From contig JBLHWM010000001.1 in assembly GCA_047629095.1 (NCBI GenBank), positions 1 to 46,155 of the forward strand: DNA of 46,155 nt, read 5' to 3'. This DNA comes from Planctomycetota bacterium (GTDB lineage Bacteria > Planctomycetota > UBA1135 > GCA-002686595). The notes under the pieces were generated by a model, which was given only the letters and a program-made list of their open reading frames with translations, ran no database searches and was not told the DNA's origin. Positions within the stretch are counted from its first letter, which is position 1. Each line of letters begins with the position of its first letter. The position numbers were made by a program, and so were the translations under genes. Shown piece after piece: positions 8,280 through 16,682 of this stretch.

Positions 8280-9845
8280 ATGACAACTTCAGACTACTCC
8301 ACAGTTCAGATTGAATCGACCCTTCCCAAGCCTTGGGAGGAAGAGCACTCCTTCAGTGAAGTGCTGTACGACTGGATGGGCCGCGCACCGTGGTTCGCCG
8401 TTTCAGGTGCCGCGCACTTGCTCGCTTTCTTCGTGCTGACGGCGATTCCCTGGGGCGCTTTCCATAGGGAAGAGGTGCCTGAAATCATCGGCACGATAGA
8501 GAAACCAGCACCCGACATCGTCGATGAGATCGAGCCCGAAGAGCTGCCCCTAATTCCCGAAGAAGCGGAGCTGGTGGAAGACCTGGACGACATGCTTTTG
8601 ACCGAGTCTGTGGACGAGATCTCCGACCAGGATGACCTTGCCTTCGATCCGGTCGTAGGCGAAGTCGCCAGTCCCTTCGAGTCCAATTTGGAAGCCATGA
8701 GTAACGAGATTGGCGTTGGCGGGCCAGGCGGCAATGGTGGAGACTTGGGCGGCGGCAAGGGCGGCAACGGTGGGCGCGGCGGAGTGCAGATGGAGCGCTC
8801 CCTGCATGATGCGCTCGAGTGGCTCAAGCATCACCAGAGCCCCGAGGGCTACTGGGATTCGGACGGCTTCTCCGACCACTGTGGTGGGATTGGCGGCTCG
8901 ATTTGTGAGGACCCCGGCTACGCACAGCACGATGTTGGCGTCACGGCGCTAGCGCTCTTGACCTTCATCGCCGCAGACAACACGACCAACCACGGTCCCT
9001 ACCAAGAGCAGGTCAAGCGGGGCATCAAGTGGCTGCGCACGATGCAAGATCCGGACTCGGGCCTCGTCGGCGAGAAGTCCAGCAAGGAGTTCCTGTACAA
9101 CCACGCGATCGCGACTCTCGCTTTGTGCGAAGCCTACTACGACAACGCGTCGCCGCTGCTGCGCATCACCAGCCAAAAGGCCGTCAACTACATCCAGATG
9201 GCGCGCAATCCCTACGGTGCCTGGCGCTATGACCAGCCTCCGATTGGCGCCAGTGACACCTCGGTCACGGGCTGGATGGTCTTCGCTTTGAAGGCCGCCG
9301 AAGACGCGAAACTCGATGTGGATCAAGGCGCCTTCGACGGTGCGATGGCCTGGTTGAACGCTGTCACCGACACGGCCAGCGGCCGCGTTGGCTACAGCGA
9401 ATACGGCAACCGGTCCTCGCGTATCACGGGCATCAACGATCACTACCCCGCGGACAAGGGCGAGGCCATGACGGCCGTCGGCTTGCTGTGCCGGATCTTC
9501 ATGGGCGAGAGCGACCTGCGCGAGTATCCGATCCTCAAAAAGCACGGCGATCTGATGATGCGCAGCTTGCCCGAATGGGACGACGACGGCTTTGGCAACG
9601 ACATGTACTACTGGTACTACGGTACCTACGCCATGTTCCAACTCGGGGGCAAGTACTGGAAGCAGTGGGAAGCTTCCCTGAAGACGACTCTGCTGGAGAA
9701 CCAGCGCAAGGATGGCGATGCCAAGGGATCCTGGGATCCGACCGGGCCCTGGGGATTCTCCGGCGGCCGGGTCTACTCGACGGCGATGATGGCCCTCTGC
9801 ATCGAGGTCTACTTCCGCTATCCCAACATCACAGGAGCAAGGTAA
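8280..9845 (+). CDS. Membrane-anchored prenyltransferase/squalene-cyclase-repeat (alpha/alpha-toroid) protein, paralogue 3, with a TonB-like N-terminal anchor
   Basis: ATG at 8280 (MTTSDYSTVQIESTLPKPWEEE) parallels the start of paralogue 1. TM helix GRAPWFAVSGAAHLLAFFVLTAIPW, acidic/Pro spacer, GGPGGNGGDLGGGKGGNGGRGG, then the same toroid motifs as paralogue 1. By eye about two thirds of the residues in that domain are identical to paralogue 1. Confidence 0.85.
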   Translation: MTTSDYSTVQIESTLPKPWEEEHSFSEVLYDWMGRAPWFAVSGAAHLLAFFVLTAIPWGAFHREEVPEIIGTIEKPAPDIVDEIEPEELPLIPEEAELVEDLDDMLLTESVDEISDQDDLAFDPVVGEVASPFESNLEAMSNEIGVGGPGGNGGDLGGGKGGNGGRGGVQMERSLHDALEWLKHHQSPEGYWDSDGFSDHCGGIGGSICEDPGYAQHDVGVTALALLTFIAADNTTNHGPYQEQVKRGIKWLRTMQDPDSGLVGEKSSKEFLYNHAIATLALCEAYYDNASPLLRITSQKAVNYIQMARNPYGAWRYDQPPIGASDTSVTGWMVFALKAAEDAKLDVDQGAFDGAMAWLNAVTDTASGRVGYSEYGNRSSRITGINDHYPADKGEAMTAVGLLCRIFMGESDLREYPILKKHGDLMMRSLPEWDDDGFGNDMYYWYYGTYAMFQLGGKYWKQWEASLKTTLLENQRKDGDAKGSWDPTGPWGFSGGRVYSTAMMALCIEVYFRYPNITGAR

Positions 9846-9860
9846 GAGGCGCCTCTTACC
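9841..9860. repeat. Perfect 20-bp palindrome overlapping the stop codon of paralogue 3
   Basis: GGTAAGAGGCGCCTCTTACC equals its own reverse complement, and the TAA stop lies at 9843-9845. Confidence 0.9.
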
Positions 9861-9914
9861 CAGCACGAAATCGTAGGGACGACCAGGTCTCGGAAAGGCC
9901 TCCCTACGGCAAGA

Positions 9915-9949
9915 AAGCCCCACCTGCGCAGGTTGCGCGGGCGGGGCTT
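9915..9949. terminator. Bidirectional terminator hairpin between convergent genes
   Basis: AAGCCCCACCTGCGC / GCGCGGGCGGGGCTT stem (one mismatch, one G-U). On the minus strand it is followed by TTTCTTG, and on the plus strand by GTGCTTGTG. Confidence 0.6.
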
Positions 9950-9971
9950 GTGCTTGTGCCTAGGGGTCGCT

Positions 9972-10316
9972 CTAGCAGATGCGGCGGAAGAAGAGCTTCA
10001 TGAACTCCTCCGCCGTTTTTTGGGGGCGAGCCATCAGGCCGCCCTCCACCTGCACCTTGCAGTTCACCGTAGTGGAGGGATGCTCTTCGGAGCCTGCGAC
10101 GATCACAGTGATCGTTGAGGTTCCTCCAAGGGCTCCACCCTTTTTGGTGCAGTGCAAGGTCGTGTTCTCCTCATCGGTCTGATCGAGGACCCAGCCCTTC
10201 ATATCGGCAACCATCTCCTTAGCAGACGAGAAGATGTACTCCTTCCGCGTAGCAACCTGAATCGGCTGCTGGTAGGTGGAGGAGTGGCTAGGACTAGTCT
10301 CGAAACTGGACGCCAT
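9972..10316 (-). CDS. Hypothetical small protein (114 aa), no family recognised
   Basis: A clean ORF with ordinary amino-acid composition, directly downstream of rpsT on the same strand and followed by a terminator. No motif I can name. Confidence 0.55.
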   Translation of the reverse strand: MASSFETSPSHSSTYQQPIQVATRKEYIFSSAKEMVADMKGWVLDQTDEENTTLHCTKKGGALGGTSTITVIVAGSEEHPSTTVNCKVQVEGGLMARPQKTAEEFMKLFFRRIC

Positions 10317-10330
10317 GGGAAGAGAGCGCG

Positions 10331-10582
10331 CTACTTAGCAGCGGCGGCGAGAGCGACGCGGCTCTTATAGCGAGCAGCGGCGTTTTCGTGGATGACGTTC
10401 TTCTTAGAGGCCTTGTCGATGCGCTTCATAGCGACCGGCAGGGCTGACGTCGCGACTTCAGCGTTCTCAGCTTCCATCACGATGCGAATCGCCCTGCGCA
10501 TGGAGCTGCGGACGATCTTGTTTTCTTGACGGCGGGTCTCGGTGAGACGCACGCGCTTGTTGGCTTGCTTATTGTTCGGCAT
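10331..10582 (-). CDS. rpsT: 30S ribosomal protein S20
   Basis: 83 aa, MPNNKQANKRVRLTETRRQENKIVRSSMRRAIR...KNVIHENAAARYKSR. This is the typical S20 sequence pattern. Confidence 0.95.
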   Translation of the reverse strand: MPNNKQANKRVRLTETRRQENKIVRSSMRRAIRIVMEAENAEVATSALPVAMKRIDKASKKNVIHENAAARYKSRVALAAAAK

Positions 10583-10588
10583 ATCTTT

Positions 10589-11914
10589 CTAAAGTGCTTC
10601 CATCTTTTCAGCCACGTCTCTGTAGCTGATGTCGACCTCGTAGATCCGAATGAAGGCGCCTCGTGCGCTTTCGGGATCTCCTTCGGCCTCTGAAATGAGC
10701 CCAAGGTTATACAAGATTTCCTTGGCCCTGTCATCCACTCCTCGGCATCCCTCAAGCGCTCGCTCATATTCCTTGCGTGCGATGTCTAAAACGCCCTTTT
10801 CATGGAAGCATCGGGCCATTAAGAAAAGTGCCTCGCCCCCCACTCGGGAGTCCCCGTGGGCCTTTTGGAATTCCCCCAGGGCCAAATTGAGCTCCCCACC
10901 ACGCATCAAACGCTTGCCTAAACCCAACCTCAGGCTCATATCGCCCGGTCGGCGCACGACCCGGCGCTGGAAGTCCTGCACCTCGTGCTCCGCGAGCTTC
11001 TTCTCCAGTCGATCCGCCTTAGCTTCGTCCCCGGCCTTGCCAGCCGCGGCAATCTGCTTCTTCAAGGCGCGCACCCCCAGGTCCGCCACGGTGCACTCAA
11101 GGTCGTAGTCGTCGCGGCGGTACTCCAGAGCCCGCTCGTGGAACTCTAGGGCCGCGGGCCAGTCGCGAAGATCCTTGTATAGGCCGCCGATGCGCAGCAA
11201 TAGCTCTGGGTCCGAGGGCGTCTCCGCAAGGGTAGCTTCGAGTCCCGTAACCTCCTCGCGCAGCTCCTCCGGAGTGCGGTGCCGGCGCTGCCGCTGCTCG
11301 AGGCGCTTGGTGTCGTCCTTGTCCTTCAGCGCGTCGCGACTGTGGGCAACGTTGTCGAGCCCCGTCTGCTGCAGGGCGGCCTCGGCGGACAGGTTCTTGC
11401 GTGCCTTGATTGCCTCCTGGTCCCTCGGATCAGCTGCTAGAGCCGCTTCGAAGTACTCAATCGCGCGCATAGGCTCACCTACGCGCTGGGCGAGGAAGCC
11501 GGCCTGCTTGAGGCCCTGCACGTTCTTCGGCGCAATCTCCGCCAAGAATGCATACACCGCAAAAGCGGACTTGTTGTGCCCGGCAGCCTCGAGCATCTGG
11601 CCCAGCATCAGGTTCCCAGCCTCGTCCGTGGGGTTGCCGGAGAGGTAGTCCTCCAGGGCCTTCACGGCCCCGTCGAACTTCTTGACCTTCGCCATGGCCT
11701 TCGCGCGCCCCAGGGGGATTGCGCCCCCCGCCTTGCTGAAGAGCCCGCGCTTCTTGCGCTCGGCCCGCTTGCGGACCGCCTGGCGGAGTCCGGCCCGGGC
11801 CTCGCCCAGATCCGGGTTGATATCCAGCAGAGAACGGTAGAGGTCCACGGCGAAGTCGAAATTGCGGCGACGCATGGACTCGTCGGCTTTCTTAAGTTGC
11901 TTGGAGAAGTCCAA
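10589..11914 (-). CDS. Tetratricopeptide-repeat protein
   Basis: Repeated TPR-like helices (FDFAVDLYRSLLDINPDLGEA..., AIEYFEAALAADPRDQEA..., ALEFHERALEYRRDDYD...). The stop at 10589 is firm but the start is uncertain: TTG at 11914 (LDFSKQLKKADE), ATG at 11875, or the longest ORF from TTG at 12016. Confidence 0.75.
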   Translation of the reverse strand: MDFSKQLKKADESMRRRNFDFAVDLYRSLLDINPDLGEARAGLRQAVRKRAERKKRGLFSKAGGAIPLGRAKAMAKVKKFDGAVKALEDYLSGNPTDEAGNLMLGQMLEAAGHNKSAFAVYAFLAEIAPKNVQGLKQAGFLAQRVGEPMRAIEYFEAALAADPRDQEAIKARKNLSAEAALQQTGLDNVAHSRDALKDKDDTKRLEQRQRRHRTPEELREEVTGLEATLAETPSDPELLLRIGGLYKDLRDWPAALEFHERALEYRRDDYDLECTVADLGVRALKKQIAAAGKAGDEAKADRLEKKLAEHEVQDFQRRVVRRPGDMSLRLGLGKRLMRGGELNLALGEFQKAHGDSRVGGEALFLMARCFHEKGVLDIARKEYERALEGCRGVDDRAKEILYNLGLISEAEGDPESARGAFIRIYEVDISYRDVAEKMEAL

Positions 11915-12075
11915 GGTGGTTGGCGCGGGTGCTGGGCGGCCCGGGATCGAGCTACGGGAAGAGGCGGGGATGAGAAACAGGCACAGACCATACCGCGATA
12001 GGCCGAGTTGCGGCAAGGGCTGGGTTTTGCAAGAGACTGCTAGCGGTTCGATGCGCGGCGGTTTCCAGCGCTACC

Positions 12076-12081
12076 TATAAT
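12076..12081 (+). promoter_or_regulatory. Candidate -10 box (TATAAT) upstream of def
   Basis: A perfect TATAAT lies 42 nt upstream of the def ATG. No convincing -35 box at 17-bp spacing. Confidence 0.25.
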
Positions 12082-12122
12082 GATTGACTTCAAAACCGCC
12101 CCACTTCCTGCCTCCCACTTCG

Positions 12123-12689
12123 ATGACCGAAGAGCTCAACTATATCGTCACCCTCTACCCCACGCCCGTGCTCCGCAAGGAGGCCGTGCCCGTTGAGGAC
12201 TTTGATGAGGACCTAGCCAAGATCGTCGAGGCTATGTATCGCCGCATGTACGATTCGAAGGGGGTTGGCCTTGCCGCGCCCCAGGTTGGACTGCCCAAGC
12301 GCATCCTGGTGATCAATCCCAGCGGCGAGCAAGAGGACAAGTCCGGCGAGCTCGCCCTGATTAACCCGACCATAGTCGAGCGCTTCGGCGACGAGAGCAC
12401 CTATGAGGAGGGCTGCCTGTCCTTCCCCGGGATCTACGCCGAGGTCAAGCGCCCGGACAAGTGCAAGGTCGAGGCCGTAGACATCAACGGCGAGAAGCTC
12501 GAGCTTGAGTTCGAGGGCTTCGCGAGTCGCGTCGTGCAGCACGAATACGATCACCTCCAGGGCATCCTGCTGGTGGACCGCATGTCCGCGGCGGACAAGC
12601 TCAAGCACCGCAACGCCCTCGGCGAGCTGGTGGACGAGTACAAGGCCGCCAACGCGCCGGTCCAGAAGCGTGGCCTGTTCGGGCGCTAG
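12123..12689 (+). CDS. def: Peptide deformylase
   Basis: All three PDF motifs are present: GVGLAAPQVG, EGCLSFPG and HEYDHLQG. ATG at 12123 is preferred over the upstream TTG at 12084. Confidence 0.95.
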   Translation: MTEELNYIVTLYPTPVLRKEAVPVEDFDEDLAKIVEAMYRRMYDSKGVGLAAPQVGLPKRILVINPSGEQEDKSGELALINPTIVERFGDESTYEEGCLSFPGIYAEVKRPDKCKVEAVDINGEKLELEFEGFASRVVQHEYDHLQGILLVDRMSAADKLKHRNALGELVDEYKAANAPVQKRGLFGR

Positions 12690-12697
12690 GCGAATCC

Positions 12698-13660
12698 GTG
12701 AACATAACCCGTGGACTTACGGCTCTGGCAGCGGAGCAGCCTGACGGCCGAGGCGCGGTGGTCTCCATCGGCGTCTTCGATGGCGTTCACCGTGGCCATC
12801 GAGCGATTCTCGCCGCGAATATCGCGCGCGCCCGCAGCCTCGACGCCACTCCTACGGTCGTCACCTTCAGCGGCCACCCCAAGAAGCTGCTGCTCGGACG
12901 CGGCCCCCTGACCCTGACCAGCCTCGATCACCGCCTAGAGCTGTTTGCCGAGGCGGGCATCGAGCATACCCTGGTCCTGGATTTCAACGAGGACCTGCGC
13001 TCGAAGTCCGCCATTGACTTCGTCCAGCGGGACCTAGTGGAGGGCCTCCATGCGAGGGCCTTTGTCCTGGGCTTTGATAGCAAGTTCGGGCGCGATCGCG
13101 AGGGCACACCCGAACGCATGCGCGAGCTCGGGCTCGATGTCGAGGTTGTCGGAGCCGTGGGCCAAGGGGGCCGCGCAGTCTCCAGCACAGCGATCCGCGA
13201 GGCCGTGTCCCTGGGAGACCTGGACGCCGCGGTCCGCATGCTCGGCCGTCCCGTGACCGTCCGTGGCAAGGTCGTGCACGGCAATGGCCGCGGGGCCGGA
13301 ATCGGCTTCCCCACCGCGAACTTAGATCTAGACCACGAGCTGGTACCGCCGAACGGGGTCTATGTGACTCTGATCACGCTGCTGGAGCGCAGGACGGAAT
13401 CGGGACAGCACCCCGTCCTGCACAGTGTCACGAACATCGGACTGCGCCCGACGATCGTCGGGGAGCCCAAGGCCGGCTCCACCCCCGTAGTCGAGGTCCA
13501 TGTGCTCGATTTCCACGAGGACATCTACCACGAGCGCGCCGCCTTGGAGTTCGTCCAATACCTGCGGCCCGAGCAGCGCTTCGAATCCATCGACGCCTTG
13601 GTAGAAGCGATCCGCAAGGACGTCGAGAGCGCTCGGGTGCGCCTGCAGGCCACCGAATAG
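12698..13660 (+). CDS. ribF: Bifunctional riboflavin kinase / FMN adenylyltransferase
   Basis: GVFDGVHRGH nucleotidyltransferase motif, then the C-terminal riboflavin kinase region (GFPTANL, TNIG.RPT, E.H.LDF). GTG start. Confidence 0.93.
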   Translation: MNITRGLTALAAEQPDGRGAVVSIGVFDGVHRGHRAILAANIARARSLDATPTVVTFSGHPKKLLLGRGPLTLTSLDHRLELFAEAGIEHTLVLDFNEDLRSKSAIDFVQRDLVEGLHARAFVLGFDSKFGRDREGTPERMRELGLDVEVVGAVGQGGRAVSSTAIREAVSLGDLDAAVRMLGRPVTVRGKVVHGNGRGAGIGFPTANLDLDHELVPPNGVYVTLITLLERRTESGQHPVLHSVTNIGLRPTIVGEPKAGSTPVVEVHVLDFHEDIYHERAALEFVQYLRPEQRFESIDALVEAIRKDVESARVRLQATE

Positions 13661-13795
13661 GGAATCGAACTCAGGTTCCTTGGGGCGAATGTCGAGGAAT
13701 GCAGAGCATCGGTATTGACGCGCGGCGATTGCGCGGCACAATGCCTCGCCCCGGTCCGAAAGGACCGTGGTCGGTCCCTCCCTCACGGGAACAAA

Positions 13796-13871
13796 GGGCA
13801 GGTAGCTCAGTTGGTAGAGCACTTGACTGAAAATCAAGGGGTCGCCGGTTCAAGTCCGGCTCTGCCCACCA
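13796..13871 (+). tRNA. tRNA-Phe (anticodon GAA), CCA encoded
   Basis: Manual cloverleaf: acceptor GGGCAGG/TCTGCCC, D-arm GCTC-AGTTGGTA-GAGC, anticodon arm CTTGA-CTGAAAA-TCAAG, T-arm GCCGG-TTCAAGT-CCGGC, discriminator A, then CCA. Confidence 0.95.
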
Positions 13872-13936
13872 CCGACCACTTCGCGCAGTACATGGCCGCC
13901 CATGCGGGCGCCAGCAGACCCCAGGCAAGGTCCCCG

Positions 13937-14242
13937 ATGACGAGCCCCTCTCCCCTCGTGATCACCAAGAGTGCTCCCGAGTCACTAACGGTCGAATGGG
14001 CCGATGGCAAGACCACCCATGTGAGCGCTGCAGCCCTGCGCCGCATTTGCCCCTGCGCCCACTGCGTCAACGAGCACACGGGCGTGCGCATGCTCAATCC
14101 GGACTCGGTTCCGGACGACCTGACCCAAACCGACGTGATCCTGGTGGGCAACTACGCCCTGCGAGTCACCTTTGCCGACGGGCACAACACGGGACTCTTC
14201 ACCTGGCCAGTCCTCTACGGGCAGGTCGGAGCCGCGGGATGA
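13937..14242 (+). CDS. DUF971-family protein
   Basis: LTVEWADGKTTHVSAAALRRICPCAHCV...VGNYALRVTFADGHNTGLFTW matches the DUF971 pattern. The upstream part of the long ORF runs through the tRNA and is rejected. ATG at 13892 is an alternative start. Confidence 0.8.
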   Translation: MTSPSPLVITKSAPESLTVEWADGKTTHVSAAALRRICPCAHCVNEHTGVRMLNPDSVPDDLTQTDVILVGNYALRVTFADGHNTGLFTWPVLYGQVGAAG

Positions 14243-14664
14243 GCGCGGAGCCCGGCCTTGAGGTCTTGCCCAGCTTGACCCTTGACCCTGGCGATCTCAC
14301 CGTGACCTATGCCAGATCCGGTGGGCCCGGCGGCCAGAACGTCAACAAGGTTGAGACCAAGGCCGTCCTGCGCATCAATGTTCGCACTTGCTCTTCCTTT
14401 AATGAGAGTCAGCGCCTGAGGCTCCTTGAGAAGCTGGGCAACCGCCTGACCAAAGAGGGCGAGCTTGTACTGCACGCCTCCAGGCACCGCACGAAGGAGC
14501 GCAACCGCACGGATGCCGTGGAGCGCTTGGTGGCCATCCTGCGGGGGGCGCTCGCTGTTCAGAAAAAGCGTCGCAAGACCAAGCCCACCCGGGGCTCCAA
14601 GGAGCGCAGGCTCAGTTCTAAGAAACAGCGCGGCGACACCAAGAAGATGCGCCGCAAGCTCTAA
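14239..14664 (+). CDS. arfB: Alternative ribosome-rescue factor ArfB (peptidyl-tRNA hydrolase, GGQ domain)
   Basis: SGGPGGQNVNKVETKA motif, about 140 aa in length, and a basic C-terminal tail (KKRRKTKPTRGSKERRLSSKKQRGDTKKMRRKL). ATGA overlap with the preceding gene. Confidence 0.9.
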   Translation: MSAEPGLEVLPSLTLDPGDLTVTYARSGGPGGQNVNKVETKAVLRINVRTCSSFNESQRLRLLEKLGNRLTKEGELVLHASRHRTKERNRTDAVERLVAILRGALAVQKKRRKTKPTRGSKERRLSSKKQRGDTKKMRRKL

Positions 14665-14773
14665 ATGACGGGGTGCTTGCGCGGCCAACTGTTGGGACCT
14701 CTCCCCCGTCCAAAATCACCGAATTCGGGAATAGGTCCCGATTTCGGCACTTATCCAGACCCTCGACCCCTCC

Positions 14774-15226
14774 ATGACTAATCAAGACAGCAATCCAGCC
14801 GCCGAACTCAAGGACGCACTGACCGCGATTGCGGTCCTGACGAAGGAAGAGCGCAAGCCCAGCCGCTATGACGCGCGCATGCTCCTGCTCCCCCTCGGAT
14901 CGCTGATTCTCGAAGGCGAATCGAGCGGACTCAGCGTGACGCTCGAGCTCATTTTGAAGGCCGTTCAGCCGCAGAACGAAGCGTGGGCGACTGCGGTTGC
15001 GGACGAACTCGGCCTCGCCGGGGACGAATTCTGCCTCTCAATCAACCCGGACTACTTAAAACATCCAAGGTACGATTTTGCTTATGCGGCGGCCTCCAGG
15101 CAGCAACTTGAGCAGCGAATCCAAGCAGCCGAGCACCTCGGATTTCCCCTCTCAGAGGTACTTCGGGGCCGAATTCAGGCGGCTGACGAAGCATTCGATC
15201 CCTACCTCGACAAGCTCGACGAGTAG
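14774..15226 (+). CDS. Hypothetical protein (150 aa), no family recognised
   Basis: ORF with plausible composition in a locally less GC-rich stretch. No motif recognised. Confidence 0.5.
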   Translation: MTNQDSNPAAELKDALTAIAVLTKEERKPSRYDARMLLLPLGSLILEGESSGLSVTLELILKAVQPQNEAWATAVADELGLAGDEFCLSINPDYLKHPRYDFAYAAASRQQLEQRIQAAEHLGFPLSEVLRGRIQAADEAFDPYLDKLDE

Positions 15227-15300
15227 CTCTCCAAGATCCGCCCACGAGCGTAAGCCATTTTCTCAAAAAGGCTTATGCCCGAATATAGCCCCTTCCAAAT

Positions 15301-15334
15301 CGACATTCTGGCTCAGCCGCCCCCGACATTCTGG
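15301..15334 (+). repeat. Two copies of the 11-nt direct repeat CGACATTCTGG in the porin leader
   Basis: Exact copies at 15301-15311 and 15324-15334, 23 bp start to start, inside a roughly 350-bp non-coding leader upstream of the porin gene. Confidence 0.6.
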
Positions 15335-15577
15335 GGCGAATCTCGCACCTAAGCCCATACTGCAAAATGACTTACGGGCCCACCTCAACAAGAGTTTGCA
15401 AATGAGGGGCACGGTGTAGGACCCTCTCACCGATCTCTTTGTCTGGAGCATAACCCGAAGGAAATTTGCCGCAAGGTCTTCAATCGGGCGCGGGTGCACG
15501 GCATCCTCTCCGCCTCAATAAGTTCCCCATCCCTGACGGAACAACCATTCCCATTGCATTTCGGAGTGCACATACGA

Positions 15578-16558
15578 ATGAACAAGATCATCACTACGTC
15601 GATCGCCCTTGCGGTCGCATCTACTGCCAGCCTCGCCAACGGCGACTGGCTTCAACTTGACCAGGACATCGCGTCCCTTTCCAGCACGGTAGCTGCTGAC
15701 GGAGGCGCCACAGTCGGCGCTCTTCTTCGCAACTCCTACCGCGACGGTGGCACCACCGGCGGCTGGGCTTTCGAAGACGTCCTCGTCAACGCGACGGGCT
15801 CTCTCGAAGAGTTCTCTTGGCGCATCAGCTTCAACCTCGAAGGCGGCACCGCTGTCCTCGAGGACGCTTACGTCACCTGGGACTACGATGGCGACATCAC
15901 CAGCACCTGGGGCCAGTTCGTTCTGCCCATGTTCCGCAGCGCCACGATTGGTCAAGAGTCTATGCTCTTCATCGATCGCAGCCTTCTCGGTGCGAACTAC
16001 TACTCACACGATCAAGGTGTTTCGGTTGCTGGCTCCATGAATGGCCTCGACTGGACCATCGCTGCTCAAAACGGCGCCGACGCTGCTGGCGAAGACCTCA
16101 ACCTGTTCGCCCACGTCGAGTACAACCTCGGCAACGGCGCTAACACCTGCTGCGACGGCGCAATGCACGGTGGCGACGAGCTTGACGGCACCATTGGCGT
16201 CAGCTACATGGACATGCAGGACGACAGCCTTGACGCTGTTCTCGGCATCGACTTCGCCATGACCATGGGTCAGTTCAGCCTTCAGGCCGAGCTTGCCGAT
16301 GCTGGTGACGACACCGTCGGCGCTGGCCTTGGTGAGGCACCCTTTGCCATCACCTTCGGCTACCTCTTCGCTGACAACATGGAAGCCGCTTACCGCCACG
16401 AAGATCGTGACGACGCAGCCGACACCAGCGTTGAGAGCTTCGGCCTCAACTACTACCTGCACGGACACAACGCCAAGTGGCAGATCAACTACATCGACGA
16501 CGACGCCGCCGCCGACGAAGTGATCGCTGTTGGCCTTACGGTCGGCGCATCCAGCTGA
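15578..16558 (+). CDS. Outer-membrane porin, phosphate-selective porin O/P-like
   Basis: Signal peptide MNKIITTSIALAVASTASLANG, alternating beta-strand pattern, and FIDRSLLG and NYYLHGHNAKWQINYI motifs typical of the Porin_O_P family. Confidence 0.75.
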   Translation: MNKIITTSIALAVASTASLANGDWLQLDQDIASLSSTVAADGGATVGALLRNSYRDGGTTGGWAFEDVLVNATGSLEEFSWRISFNLEGGTAVLEDAYVTWDYDGDITSTWGQFVLPMFRSATIGQESMLFIDRSLLGANYYSHDQGVSVAGSMNGLDWTIAAQNGADAAGEDLNLFAHVEYNLGNGANTCCDGAMHGGDELDGTIGVSYMDMQDDSLDAVLGIDFAMTMGQFSLQAELADAGDDTVGAGLGEAPFAITFGYLFADNMEAAYRHEDRDDAADTSVESFGLNYYLHGHNAKWQINYIDDDAAADEVIAVGLTVGASS

Positions 16559-16598
16559 GTCTTTCTTCCCGGGCGCGTCCCGGGAGATGACCAATAGG

Positions 16599-16645
16599 CC
16601 AGGGGGCCCTCCGCGCGTCGGAGGGCCCCCTGGTTCCTTTTTTGG
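16599..16645 (+). terminator. Rho-independent terminator after the porin gene
   Basis: 15-bp perfect stem CCAGGGGGCCCTCCG / CGGAGGGCCCCCTGG with a 5-nt loop, followed by TTCCTTTTTT. Confidence 0.9.
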
Positions 16646-16682
16646 TAGGCTTGCCGAAGCCCACCTACCCTAGATTCACCCC

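Noticed and set aside
5640-9845. Alpha-2-macroglobulin-type thioester proteins
   Set aside because: The only conserved Cys-containing block in the toroid is LALCEAYY/YALCEANN, which is not the C-x-E-Q thioester motif. No MG-domain-like beta-sandwich region precedes the toroid.
5836-9923. Antisense ORFs of 310, 354 and 324 aa (5836-6768, 6560-7624, 8949-9923) across the three toroid genes
   Set aside because: The sense frames are mutually homologous paralogues with signal and anchor features. The antisense translations are low-information and typical of GC-rich sequence.
13796-13871. tRNA-Phe as an integration site for a genomic island
   Set aside because: There is no integrase, no phage or transposon gene, and I saw no duplicated tRNA 3'-end segment downstream. 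The flanking genes are housekeeping.
13715-13936. Upstream extension of the DUF971 ORF
   Set aside because: It reads straight through the tRNA-Phe gene. The conserved DUF971 sequence begins after the ATG at 13937.
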